A stretch of DNA of 64,000 nucleotides from contig CAWDOD010000004.1 of assembly GCA_963803805.1 (NCBI GenBank), positions 128,001 through 192,000 on the forward strand, read 5' to 3'. Below, piece after piece: positions 1 through 9,908 of the stretch. Both the position numbers and the translations under genes were made by a program. The notes beneath the pieces were generated by a model that saw nothing but the letters and a program-made list of their open reading frames with translations, ran no database searches and was not told the origin of the DNA. Position 1 is the first letter of the stretch, and every line of letters begins with the position of its first letter. This DNA comes from an uncultured cyanobacterium. GTDB taxonomy: Bacteria > Cyanobacteriota > Cyanobacteriia > Cyanobacteriales > CAWCAG01.

Positions 1-88
1 CCCTCCATTAAAAATTCTTGGAGGAAATTTATCCTACTTGCAAAATGGAAATATTGAAGTATAATTTCAACCAACCTATGATTGTTCA

Positions 89-946
89 GTGAAGATGCTT
101 AGTACCGAACAAGAAGAAAAACTTACTCAAATCGGCGCTCATCTTCGACAAAGAAGACTTGAGCTAGATGTTCCCTTAGAAGATATATCCAATCGCACTA
201 AGATCCGCAAATATATTTTAGAAGCAATTGAGGAGGCCCAAGTAGAGGAGTTGCCTCAAGCTGTCTATTTACCAGGTTTCATTCGTCACTATGGCAATGC
301 CCTTAAGCTGAATGGGCAGGAATTAGCTGATGCTTTTTCCAAAGTTCCTGCAACCCCTGAAGCTTCAGAAAATCTTACCCCAGAACTATCCGTTCCTGTT
401 GCCCCTGCAAGCAAAATTGCGTCTACCAATCGAAGTGCTAACCTCAAGCCAGCTTTAGCTATTTTACCCCTATTGCTATTAACCGTAGGGGCAATTGGCG
501 GCGGGCTATTCTTTTGGCAACGTCAATCAGCCCAAAACTTGGTGAATACTGATTCTGAACCAAATGAACCAGAAGGAGAAACCCGTCCTCGTGTAGTCGA
601 AGGTACAATTAAAAAAGAAGCTGCGCCCCCAAAAGTTAAACCTAGTGCAATTCCTACCCCAGAAACAGAAGCTTCTCCTGCCCCCCTAACAGCCTCAGCA
701 ACAGAAGCTTTAGCGGTTAAGGTGAGTCTAGAAGGTTCTTCTTGGATGCAAGTTAAGATCGACGGTAAAACCGAATTTGAGGGGATTTTAAAGGAAGGAG
801 ACGAAAAAGTCTGGAAAGCGGATAAAGAGTTAATTATTCGTTCAGGGAATGCTGGGGTAGTGAAAGTAGCCCAAGGTGGTCAACCAGCTAAGCCTTTAGG
901 GCAACCTGGGGCTGTGGAAGAGGTGATTTTAACAGCTAATCAGTGA
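89..946 (+). CDS. RodZ-like protein (HTH_25 + TM + DUF4115)
   Basis: N-terminal HTH (IGAHLRQRR...YLPGFIRHYGNAL), one TM helix, Pro-rich linker, C-terminal SWMQVKIDGK...RSGNAG. Confidence 0.85.
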   Translation: MKMLSTEQEEKLTQIGAHLRQRRLELDVPLEDISNRTKIRKYILEAIEEAQVEELPQAVYLPGFIRHYGNALKLNGQELADAFSKVPATPEASENLTPELSVPVAPASKIASTNRSANLKPALAILPLLLLTVGAIGGGLFFWQRQSAQNLVNTDSEPNEPEGETRPRVVEGTIKKEAAPPKVKPSAIPTPETEASPAPLTASATEALAVKVSLEGSSWMQVKIDGKTEFEGILKEGDEKVWKADKELIIRSGNAGVVKVAQGGQPAKPLGQPGAVEEVILTANQ

Positions 947-1122
947 TGCCTACGGCAACGGTAAGGCGTATAATGATACTAACCCTTTTCTGTTAGGCTG
1001 CTATTTTTCCCTATTATTTGAACTTCCTGAAAAAAGCCTATACTAAGGGATACAGACTCCGGTAATCGAATTTTGGCAATTTTCCCCCTCGCAATAATTT
1101 TGAGGACGAAAAAGCTCCCGTA

Positions 1123-1148
1123 GCATAGCCATGCCGGAGGCTTATCGC
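1123..1148 (+). repeat. HIP1-associated small dispersed repeat (SDR5-like)
   Basis: GCATAGCCATGCCGGAGGCTTATCGC: short GCC-N3-GGC hairpin followed by the ATCGC half of HIP1. Confidence 0.5.
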
Positions 1149-1164
1149 ATACGATATCAAAGCT

Positions 1165-1350
1165 TTAGGATTCAGAAATTGCAAATGTCTTCGGGGAGTA
1201 ACCAAAAAGGGATAGCATCCGATTTAGTTCTCCTACTGATGGCACTTGCCTCCACAGTAGACTCAACACTACCGCTACCATCAATGGTAGGGTTAGTATT
1301 CTTTTTCTCATTCCCAAGGAGTGCTAATCGGCTAGCTGATTGCCCTTCTC
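1165..1350 (-). mobile_element. Degraded IS4-family transposase fragment
   Basis: Minus strand reads NQLAD*HSLGMRKRILTLPLMVAVVLSLLWRQVPSVGELNRML, resembling the N-terminus of cyanobacterial IS4-type transposases; in-frame stop and no DDE core. Confidence 0.7.
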
Positions 1351-1621
1351 AATAGCTATCATCACTAGCACTTTCTTTGAAGGCGCAAACCACTGTTTCA
1401 TCTGCCTTTGACAAGCTACACACAATCTTAACTTGTTACCAATGCCCATCAGGTGTGGGTTGATTGGCTACAGGTTTGCATTTGATTAGCTTTCAGGAAT
1501 TAATCTTAATCTTAGAACAAAGACTTTATTTAGAACACCAATTTTGTGTAAGTTAGATAAATAAGGAGTTGCATATAAGGCAATAGTACTGGGGATGCAG
1601 ATTTAACTTTGCATACTTTTT

Positions 1622-2002
1622 ATGCCGAGAAGAAAGAAAAGATTTCCTTGCGGCCATCTAGGATACGGTCAAATTTGTCACCGATGCGCGCAAAAAAAGG
1701 CAAACCTGTTACAAAAGCAACAGGAAAAGCAGCAATGGGAAGAAACTTTTAGTCATGATCCTATTGATTTGAGAACTTTACCTCGTAATGTAGTCATTAA
1801 AGCTAGAAAAATAATAACTAGTTTGAAAACCAACAAAGATTATCGTGACTTTCGAGGTAAGCGCTTGCGTCATGATCGTTTTATTATTAGTATTCCTGTT
1901 ACTCGTAGCTATAGATTAATCTGCCGCGATTGTGGGAGTTTTCTTACCCCAGAAGCAGTAGTTTCCCATGAAGAATATAATGTGCGAAAACCAGGAGGTT
2001 AG
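1622..2002 (+). CDS. Hypothetical protein: N-terminal Cys/His zinc-finger motif + possible RelE/ParE-like domain
   Basis: CGH...CHRC motif; basic C-terminal half GKRLRHDRFIISIPVTRSYRLIC...VSHEEYN. Confidence 0.6.
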   Translation: MPRRKKRFPCGHLGYGQICHRCAQKKANLLQKQQEKQQWEETFSHDPIDLRTLPRNVVIKARKIITSLKTNKDYRDFRGKRLRHDRFIISIPVTRSYRLICRDCGSFLTPEAVVSHEEYNVRKPGG

Positions 2003-2102
2003 AAGGTTTTGCTAGCTAACTAATGGTTGACAGCTAATTGTTTACAAACCCTGTAGCCTTGTCTTTGCAATCAATTTTTGATACTTGACAGCTTATCCAT
2101 AG

Positions 2103-3068
2103 TTACCAATAACTGATAATCGATAACTGAAACTTTTGATGTTGCTGATAAATATAAACTTCATTATTGCTAAAATATTTAATGTAGATAATTTTCAGTA
2201 AAAAGCTCCAAGCTGATAGAGAAAAAATTGCTGGACTAGCAACTTTGATAGCAGTTATGAAACATCTCTCTTTCAAACTAGCAAAAGCCCAGTGTAAACA
2301 AAGATAATTCTTAATATCTTCTAAGTCTGGTAAATAGGGTCGGTATTTATTAGAAACACAAGCATAAATTCTACTTTTAATTAAAAAATTAGTTTCCCAC
2401 CGTTTAACTAAAGAAAATGCCCGGTTGTACGAGGCTTCCCAAAGAGTTCTATAAGCTAAATATTTATTAACTATCACTGCATCGCCATATTTAGCAATTT
2501 TGACCCAAGAATCAATATCGTCGCAATTGCCATCTAAATTAGAATCCCAACCCCCTGACTTAAAGAAAGCATTTCTTTGGAAAGCAACTTGCACTGGAGT
2601 GCCAAAAGGAAGCATTTCCATCAACATGGCATAATGAATATCTTCTTGTGGGACCCAAATATTCTCGTACTTTCCTTTAACAGGAGTGCGACTTATTTCC
2701 GTCTCTTCTTCATCCACCTGGACTGCTTGGCAAGAACAAATAACTGCTTTTGGATAGCCGGTAATCGCCTCTGCCATTTTCTCAATACAATCAGGGGCTA
2801 AATAATCATCATCATCTAAAAGTTTGATCCAATCTCCGGTAGCTACACTCACTCCAGCATTGACAGTTTGAGAGTGACCAAGGTTTTCTACGTTGTGATA
2901 ATAAACAACCTGGTTATTGAGGCTTTTAATATACTCTTTTGTGCCATCATCAGAACAATCATCCGCAACAACTACTTCACAAGGAACAGTTTGATTTAAA
3001 GCTGATTCTATAGCTCTTTTTAATAGAGATAAACGATTGTAGGTAGTGATGACAATACTAAACTTCAT
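2103..3068 (-). CDS. Glycosyltransferase family 2
   Basis: SIVITTYNR, VVADDCSDDGT, LLDDDD; ATG at 3068 preferred over GTG at 3092. Confidence 0.9.
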   Translation of the reverse strand: MKFSIVITTYNRLSLLKRAIESALNQTVPCEVVVADDCSDDGTKEYIKSLNNQVVYYHNVENLGHSQTVNAGVSVATGDWIKLLDDDDYLAPDCIEKMAEAITGYPKAVICSCQAVQVDEEETEISRTPVKGKYENIWVPQEDIHYAMLMEMLPFGTPVQVAFQRNAFFKSGGWDSNLDGNCDDIDSWVKIAKYGDAVIVNKYLAYRTLWEASYNRAFSLVKRWETNFLIKSRIYACVSNKYRPYLPDLEDIKNYLCLHWAFASLKERCFITAIKVASPAIFSLSAWSFLLKIIYIKYFSNNEVYIYQQHQKFQLSIISYW

Positions 3069-3197
3069 AAACCGCAAATTTCTTGTAAACACTTCGATTA
3101 TCTTAAATCTGTGTTCAAGATGGTGTTTGCGATCGCGTATAAGTTTTTAGTGAGGAATTTTGCAGCCCACAAGTACAAGAAATGCTACAGATAGATT

Positions 3198-4061
3198 TTA
3201 GGAAATATCAATTTGGGAACGAAATTCTGGTACACCTTTAATGCCCAAATTGAGATGAAAAACTGCCCCCGCCCCTTCTCCTTCTTCTGCTCGATTATCT
3301 CCCCCTGCTGTGGTAACGTACATATCTGTGTAATCTGGGCCACCAAAAGTTAAACAAGAAACTTTCTTTGCCGGAAACTTAATCTGTAATACTTCTTTCC
3401 CTTCAGGACTGTAGCGAAATAAATGTTCTCCATTCCAACGGGCTGACCAAAGATAACCTTGGGCATCTACTGTTAAGCCGTCTGGTACACCTTGATCTGG
3501 GGGAGTATTTATGTGAACTCTTTGATTACATAAAGTTCCTGTAACTTGTTCCCAATCCCACAAAGATATTTTTCCTTTTCCAGAATCAGTGTGGTAAATC
3601 TGTCGGCGGTTTGGGGTAAAACCCATACCATTAGAAAGTCCAATACCGTCAAGCACTTTGTTAATGCTGCCATCAAGATCAAGGCGATATAAACTAGCTA
3701 AATGTTGCTTTGTGGGCATCGTCCCGCATAAAACTCGTCCTGCTGGATCGGCGATCGCATCGTTAAAACGCCCTTCCCTTTCTTCTGGTAATTCTGCAAT
3801 TAAAGAAGTGATTTTACCCTCTTGCCAGCGTTCAATTGCCCCACGGGCTTTAAATAAAAGTAGGGAACCATCTTTTTGTAAAGTAATAGCCCCAACGGAT
3901 TCCCCTTGGTAAATTTGTTCGCTTTCCTGGGTTTTAGGGTTGTAGCGAAACATCTTTCCTTGGGGAATATCACTCCAATAAAGACATTGTTCGTCAGGAT
4001 GCCAAAGAGGGACTTCGGCATTATGACATTGGTGATCGGCAATTATTTTCGGTTGATTCAT
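3198..4061 (-). CDS. SMP-30/gluconolactonase/LRE family protein
   Basis: [42 protein letters not shown]. Confidence 0.92.
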   Translation of the reverse strand: MNQPKIIADHQCHNAEVPLWHPDEQCLYWSDIPQGKMFRYNPKTQESEQIYQGESVGAITLQKDGSLLLFKARGAIERWQEGKITSLIAELPEEREGRFNDAIADPAGRVLCGTMPTKQHLASLYRLDLDGSINKVLDGIGLSNGMGFTPNRRQIYHTDSGKGKISLWDWEQVTGTLCNQRVHINTPPDQGVPDGLTVDAQGYLWSARWNGEHLFRYSPEGKEVLQIKFPAKKVSCLTFGGPDYTDMYVTTAGGDNRAEEGEGAGAVFHLNLGIKGVPEFRSQIDIS

Positions 4062-5029
4062 TGACTCATGGCTAACATTCTCTCAATGGGTTTTCTGGCT
4101 GCAACGATAGTATCTTCTGGTAAAACAATTTCAGGCTGACGATTTTTCATAGCCAAATAAAGTTTCTCCAAAGTATTGAGACGCATATGAGGACATTCAT
4201 TGCAAGCACAATTACTGGTAGAAGGGGCAGGAATAAAATTTTTCTGGGGTGCTTCTTTCTGCATTTGATGAATAATACCCGACTCAGTAGCCACTATAAA
4301 CTCTTGAGAACTACTTTGTTGGCAATATTTTAACAGAGCAGTGGTTGAACCGATGTAATTGGCATGACGTAATACAGGGGGTTCACATTCTGGATGGGCA
4401 ATAATTTCTGCTTCTGGATGAGAAATCTTCAGTTGCACAATTCTCTTTTCTGAGAAGGTTTCGTGAACAATACAACTACCTTGCCACAAAACTAGATCCC
4501 GCCCGGTTTTTTCCATCACGTAACGTCCTAAATTACGGTCAGGGGCAAAGATAATTGGCTGTTCTGGAGGAATTTCTGCCACAATCTGTACCGCATTGGA
4601 ACTAGTACAGATAATATCACTCATGGCTTTGATTTGGGCAGTGCAGTTAATGTAAGACACAACTAAATGGTCAGGATGTAATGCTTTAAAAGCAGCAAAT
4701 TCTTGGGGAGGACAGCTATCTGCTAAAGAACAACCCGCCTCTAAATCTGGCAAGAGGACAAGTTTATCCGGATTGAGAATCTTTGCTGTCTCTGCCATAA
4801 AATGAACTCCAGCAAAAACAATCACCTCCGCATTTGTAGCCGCCGCTTGGCGAGAAAGCCCTAAAGAGTCGCCAATATAATCAGCGATATCCTGAATATC
4901 TGGATCTTGATAATAATGTGCTAAAACTACAGCGTTCAATTCTCGCTTCAAGTCTTCAATAGCTGCAAATAAGTCATTAGGTAAGGAATGAAGATTTTTG
5001 TTTGGTGAAGATAAGGTTGTCGCAAACAT
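4058..5029 (-). CDS. nadA: Quinolinate synthase
   Basis: [45 protein letters not shown] at 5029. Confidence 0.97.
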   Translation of the reverse strand: MFATTLSSPNKNLHSLPNDLFAAIEDLKRELNAVVLAHYYQDPDIQDIADYIGDSLGLSRQAAATNAEVIVFAGVHFMAETAKILNPDKLVLLPDLEAGCSLADSCPPQEFAAFKALHPDHLVVSYINCTAQIKAMSDIICTSSNAVQIVAEIPPEQPIIFAPDRNLGRYVMEKTGRDLVLWQGSCIVHETFSEKRIVQLKISHPEAEIIAHPECEPPVLRHANYIGSTTALLKYCQQSSSQEFIVATESGIIHQMQKEAPQKNFIPAPSTSNCACNECPHMRLNTLEKLYLAMKNRQPEIVLPEDTIVAARKPIERMLAMSQ

Positions 5030-5075
5030 AAAATTTGATGTCACCCAAAATTACGAATATGGAGAACTTTACTAA

Positions 5076-5118
5076 TTATAGTAGAAGTCACCAAATATTA
5101 TAGTTGGATTCACCAAAA
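5076..5118. promoter_or_regulatory. Two tandem 21-bp NrtR-like operators upstream of nadA
   Basis: TTATAGTAGAAGTCACCAAAT (5076-5096) and TTATAGTTGGATTCACCAAAA (5098-5118), 22-bp period, directly upstream of an NAD biosynthesis gene. Confidence 0.7.
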
Positions 5119-5150
5119 TTGCTAATTGCTAACAGTGACAAGCACTCTAT

Positions 5151-5228
5151 GTAAGGGAGGGTTGATTTAGATTTCAGGTGATAGCATAGATTTAGCAGAA
5201 CCAGCCCCTATAATAAATTTTGAATTTT
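5151..5228. repeat. REP-like palindromic element, copy 1
   Basis: GTAAGGGAGGGTT...GATTTAGCAGAACCAGCCCCTATAATAAATTTTGAATTTT; near-identical 3' half at 20641-20680. Confidence 0.75.
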
Positions 5229-6180
5229 TAATTGTTGATAATCTCCAACTCTGAACAACTTCCCTTAATTGAGGAGATAACCAATCATCGTATTGAGGAT
5301 AAATAGGCAAACGCGGCACAAGTTGCCAGCCTTTTGATTCAATGTTTTTGGCAAGGCATTGAGGAGTAGGATGGGGATAACTGGGGTTCACTTCATCCCT
5401 TGGTCCGATTCCTCCTAAATCTCTTGCCCCAGCTTCAAGACACTTATTTAAAAAGCTAGGTTCATCTATTAAATTAGGGGGAATTTGAATCGTAATACTA
5501 GGAGGAAGAATGGCACGGGCTGTAGCAATAACTTCTGGTAATTGGTAAGGAGCAAAAGCTGGTGCAGCAAAACTCTGTTGTTGACCAGGACTATGGGGTT
5601 GTAGAATAACTTCCTGAATGTGACCGTAGCGTTGTTGCATAAGGGCGATCGCCTCCAAAGTTTCTTGCCAATCTTCTGGAGTTTCACCAATTCCTAACAA
5701 CATACCTGTAGTGAAAGGAATCTTTAACTTGCCTGCTAACTCTAATTGTTCGAGACGCAACCTTGGTTCTTTACTGGGTGCGTGAAGATGTACAGTTTTA
5801 GTTAATTTGGGAGTTAACTGTTCCAACATCAAACCCAAAGAAACATTAACTTCTCTCATTTTTGCCATCTCCTCTTCTTTTAATGGCCCAACATTACTAT
5901 GGGGGAGAAAGCCAAGAGAAAGAGCTAACTGACAAAGATTATAAATTCTCTGCAACCAAGCTTCTCTCCTCGAAGAATGGGGATGTACTTCCCCACTTAA
6001 AATCAGAATCTCGCAAATTCCCTGATTGGCAAGACTTTCTAGCTTCTCTTTGGCTTCAGACAAACTCAACCACTGACTTTCTCCAGGATCTTGGCGGAAG
6101 TTGCAATAACTACAGCGATTAAAGCACTCGTAGGTAGGAACGATTGTATAGGCAGGAGAATAGGTTATTTTGAAGCTCAT
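5167..6180 (-). CDS. cofG: FO synthase subunit 1 (radical SAM)
   Basis: TYSPAYTIVPTYECFNRCSYCNF (CxxxCxxC), PFTTGMLLGIGE, IQEVILQP, DLGGIGPRDEVNP. Confidence 0.93.
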   Translation of the reverse strand: MSFKITYSPAYTIVPTYECFNRCSYCNFRQDPGESQWLSLSEAKEKLESLANQGICEILILSGEVHPHSSRREAWLQRIYNLCQLALSLGFLPHSNVGPLKEEEMAKMREVNVSLGLMLEQLTPKLTKTVHLHAPSKEPRLRLEQLELAGKLKIPFTTGMLLGIGETPEDWQETLEAIALMQQRYGHIQEVILQPHSPGQQQSFAAPAFAPYQLPEVIATARAILPPSITIQIPPNLIDEPSFLNKCLEAGARDLGGIGPRDEVNPSYPHPTPQCLAKNIESKGWQLVPRLPIYPQYDDWLSPQLREVVQSWRLSTIKNSKFIIGAGSAKSMLSPEI

Positions 6181-6225
6181 AAGCTCAACTAATAATTTAC
6201 TTAAGAGAACTTTATTTAAAATTCC

Positions 6226-6254
6226 TTTACATTGTGTAACAAAGTCGCTAATAT
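6226..6254 (+). promoter_or_regulatory. psbA promoter (-35 TTTACA, -10 TAATAT) with overlapping HLR1/RpaB-like repeat
   Basis: TTTACA 6226-6231, 17-bp spacer, TAATAT 6249-6254; TTTACATT-N2-GTAACAAA at 6226-6243. Confidence 0.65.
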
Positions 6255-6351
6255 TAGTTCATAAGCAAGTCAAACAAACTTTAAAGCTTAAAAACCTGAA
6301 AAGTTAATGAAACTTCGCTTACATACATTTTTTCACGCAATTATCTGAACC

Positions 6352-7434
6352 ATGACAACTACATTACAACGTAGCCAAAGCGCAAGCTCTTGGGAGCGTT
6401 TCTGCAGTTGGATCACCAGCACCGAAAACCGCCTCTATGTAGGTTGGTTTGGAGTCATCATGATCCCAACTCTATTAACCGCCACCATTTGCTTCTTAAT
6501 CGCCTTCGTAGCAGCACCTCCAGTTGACATCGACGGTATCCGCGAACCAGTAGCAGGTTCGTTATTATATGGAAACAACATCATCTCTGGTGCTGTTGTA
6601 CCTTCATCTAACGCCATCGGCTTACACTTCTACCCAATTTGGGAAGCAGCTTCACTAGATGAGTGGTTGTACAACGGTGGACCCTACCAATTGGTAATCT
6701 TCCACTTCCTCATCGGCGTATTCTGCTACATGGGACGTGAGTGGGAACTATCCTACCGTTTAGGAATGCGTCCTTGGATTTGTGTAGCTTACTCTGCTCC
6801 AGTAGCAGCAGCAAGTGCAGTATTCCTAATCTACCCATTAGGACAAGGAAGTTTCTCTGATGGAATGCCTCTAGGTATCTCTGGAACCTTCAACTTCATG
6901 TTTGTCTTCCAAGCTGAGCATAACATCTTAATGCACCCCTTCCATATGTTGGGAGTAGCCGGTGTATTTGGTGGAGCGTTATTCAGTGCCATGCACGGCA
7001 GCTTAGTAACATCTAGCTTAGTAAGAGAAACAACCGAAACCGAATCACAAAACTACGGTTACAAATTCGGACAAGAAGAAGAAACCTACAACATCGTTGC
7101 AGCACACGGTTATTTTGGTCGTCTCATCTTCCAATATGCCTCCTTCAACAACAGCCGTAGCCTCCACTTCTTACTCGGAGCATGGCCAGTAGTAGGAATC
7201 TGGTTCACCGCTTTAGGTATCTCTACCATGGCGTTTAACCTCAACGGATTCAACTTTAACCAGTCAATCCTAGATTCCCAAGGTCGTGTAGTCAACACCT
7301 GGGCTGACGTATTAAACCGCGCAAACTTAGGCTTTGAAGTAATGCACGAGCGTAATGCTCACAACTTCCCCTTAGACCTAGCAGCAGGCACCTCTGCACC
7401 AGTAGCACTCACTGCCCCAGCTATCAACGGTTAA
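6352..7434 (+). CDS. psbA: Photosystem II D1 protein (standard form, Glu130)
   Basis: 360 aa canonical D1; MGREWELSY (E130), Mn-cluster ligands present, LDLA processing site. Confidence 0.99.
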   Translation: MTTTLQRSQSASSWERFCSWITSTENRLYVGWFGVIMIPTLLTATICFLIAFVAAPPVDIDGIREPVAGSLLYGNNIISGAVVPSSNAIGLHFYPIWEAASLDEWLYNGGPYQLVIFHFLIGVFCYMGREWELSYRLGMRPWICVAYSAPVAAASAVFLIYPLGQGSFSDGMPLGISGTFNFMFVFQAEHNILMHPFHMLGVAGVFGGALFSAMHGSLVTSSLVRETTETESQNYGYKFGQEEETYNIVAAHGYFGRLIFQYASFNNSRSLHFLLGAWPVVGIWFTALGISTMAFNLNGFNFNQSILDSQGRVVNTWADVLNRANLGFEVMHERNAHNFPLDLAAGTSAPVALTAPAING

Positions 7435-7464
7435 GTTGCTTGCAACACAATTGAATAGTTAAAT

Positions 7465-7500
7465 AAAAAAGCGTCCTCCATCTACGGAGGGCGCTTTTTT
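7465..7500 (+). terminator. Intrinsic terminator of psbA
   Basis: AAAAAAGCGTCCTCC-loop-GGAGGGCGCTTTTTT. Confidence 0.9.
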
Positions 7501-7709
7501 AGCTTATTCTTATTATTCTTACTTTTGCCTAACAGCCTATAAATTATTTATTTCTTGAGATATAGCAATTATGAGGAACAAGTTTGAATACAGCCCATAG
7601 TTATAATCTTTTTGATTCTTTCACTCTCCTTTGAGGCAGAAGTTAAAATATCAATTTTCTAACACAATTTAAAAAGTATAAAGCTACAAAATAGATATTC
7701 AAGCTACTC

Positions 7710-8582
7710 ATGAAAATAAAAACACTACTCAAATTTATTCCAGCCACGTTAGCTTGTTTCCTAGTCTTATCACCTCAACCTCTCAAAGCTCAACCACAAA
7801 TAGAAGTCCCCGCACCGCTTCCGGACTCTGCTATTCCAGGAGAATCAGCTTATGCTCAATATATGAGATTGGGCTACGCCGCTTCTCAAAGAGGCGACTT
7901 TCAAACTGCTGCTAGTTATTTTCGTAGCGCCCTTTACGAACGTCCTCAAGATAGGGAAGCGACTATTGCTTATTGGAATGCTAAGGATGCCCTGCAAAAG
8001 ACTCCTAATGAGGGTGAAACTGCCTATGACCGCTACATGGAAGTCGGTTACGATGCAACTGAACAAGAAGACTATCAAACCGCTTTAATTAACTTCCAAA
8101 GAGCCTTAGAAGAAAGACCGGGAGATTATTACGCTACTCAAGCTGTTCGTAATGTTAAAACCTATATTGCGCGTGGTCAAGACCCGTCTTCCCCAGAAGA
8201 TGTTACATCCGAACCAACAGTTTATCCAGGAGAGTTACCCTATGATCGCTATATGAGACTAGGGTATGCAGCCGAACAGAGGGGAGATTATCAAGCAGCA
8301 ATTCGACATTTCCGCAGTGCCTTATACGAACGTCCTCAAGACCGACAGGCAACAAATGCTTACTGGAATGCTAAGGATGCTTATCAAAATAAAGAGAGCA
8401 ATAGTACCGAGGTAGAAAGTGATTATGACCGCTATATGCGTATTGGTTATGATGCGACGGAACGAGGAAACTATCAAACTGCGTTAATAAATTTCCGAAG
8501 AGCATTAGAAGTACGTCCAGGAGATACCTACGCAACTCAAGCTATTCGCAATGTCACAACCTACATCAATCGTGGCAATTAG
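7710..8582 (+). CDS. Secreted TPR-like protein with internal duplication
   Basis: Signal peptide; four YxxYMxxGYxA...F..AL.ERP.D repeats arranged A-B-A'-B'. Confidence 0.8.
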   Translation: MKIKTLLKFIPATLACFLVLSPQPLKAQPQIEVPAPLPDSAIPGESAYAQYMRLGYAASQRGDFQTAASYFRSALYERPQDREATIAYWNAKDALQKTPNEGETAYDRYMEVGYDATEQEDYQTALINFQRALEERPGDYYATQAVRNVKTYIARGQDPSSPEDVTSEPTVYPGELPYDRYMRLGYAAEQRGDYQAAIRHFRSALYERPQDRQATNAYWNAKDAYQNKESNSTEVESDYDRYMRIGYDATERGNYQTALINFRRALEVRPGDTYATQAIRNVTTYINRGN

Positions 8583-8708
8583 TAATTGAGCAATAATGAA
8601 GCTGTTAGGTATGAAGAATTGTTACTGGGGCAGTGTGGCAAGGGGCAGAAAAGAGTGTACAGCTTATTTTAGCTAATTCAATATATCGTTTAAATGGGCA
8701 ACAGTTTA

Positions 8709-9333
8709 CTACTTTCTATTCCTACGTGCTTTAGATGCCAAAGTACCTACTGTAACTATCCCCAGGAAGATAGAATGTTCTGGAACTTCCTGGGGGTTTG
8801 GCGGCTGATTCTATAGGAGTCGGTTGCTCAAAAGCTATAGTCCCACCATCAAAAAATTCAAAGTTTTCATTAAAGTAGGTAAAGTCTCTTTCTCCATCAA
8901 AAGGATTGACGAAAATATCAAAACCTAATATGCCATCAGGAAGAGGGTTATTAGAAGGCACACCAAAATCGTTATCAACAATATACTGCAACCCAATCAA
9001 TTTTCCGTCTAAAAAGTCTAGGCGAAGAGCATTGTTTTCTCCTGTACGCCCTCCAGCATTATCAAATTCATCAAAATCATAACCTGTGCCGAAATTAAAA
9101 TTCACCTGGATTTCTTCAGAACCCCTTAAGGTTTCAGAACCTACTCCAGTCAAGAGATTATCATCAAAGGTGAAATCTCCAAGAAAAGTTTGATTATTAA
9201 AAGGACCTTGGTTAGCGGTAACTTTGAAATCAAATGATTGGGTGAGCGCTAATGCTGAGTCAACTTCTATTGTTGTACTAAGCAAAAGAGCCGCAGCGCT
9301 GAGAACAAACTTTTTTGAGAGGGGATTCAGCAT
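8709..9333 (-). pseudogene. PEP-CTERM surface protein with frameshifted sorting signal
   Basis: Signal peptide and acidic beta-rich domain (ORF 8731-9333); another frame at 8709-8789 encodes EVPEHSIFLGIVTVGTLASKARRNRK*. Confidence 0.75.
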
Positions 9334-9908
9334 TTAGTATTACCTTGAGTTGATCATTTTTAAAGTTCTCAATGTTATTTAGGCATAAGATAAATCATGC
9401 CAAGGCTTATCACAGTTATAATTGGTCTTTGGTTAAGACCACTTTACCTATTGCTATTGTTAAATTGCTATAGCTTTTCTATATCTTCATTGAATCTTTA
9501 TTCGTTCTAATTGTTTCCCTAAGACAAGTGACGAATTTGCTTCTATATTTTAGCTTTCTACGTGTTATAACGCAATAGTTGCTTTTGCGGGAGCTATCTT
9601 GAGAAGAATATCAAGGATATATACATACAATCTATTTATCTAAAAAAGTAGTATCTAGTTGACAAAACTTACTTTTTCCTCGGATCAAGAAACAGACTCC
9701 AGTATTTTTGCTACAAACACTTAGTAGAAACGGTAAGTAATTGATAAAAATAAGTTGGATTTTTTAATTAAAGAAACAGCTAGTTATTCTTTGAGAAAAT
9801 AAATTTAGATTTGTTAAATCTAGCTCAGTTACTACTAATTATTGCTTTGAGTAATTATCATTGTTCGTAGTTTATTCAATAGCAGCTTAAGGGAGGAAAG
9901 TACCACCT

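Noticed and set aside
1131..1355. 74-aa plus-strand ORF
   Set aside because: Starts inside a micro-repeat and is antisense to the IS4 remnant; no recognisable protein features
9702..9714. GTA-TTTTTGC-TAC, nearly identical to the NtcA-like box at 33147
   Set aside because: Spacer is 7 nt rather than 8; it would qualify only if the T run is mis-called
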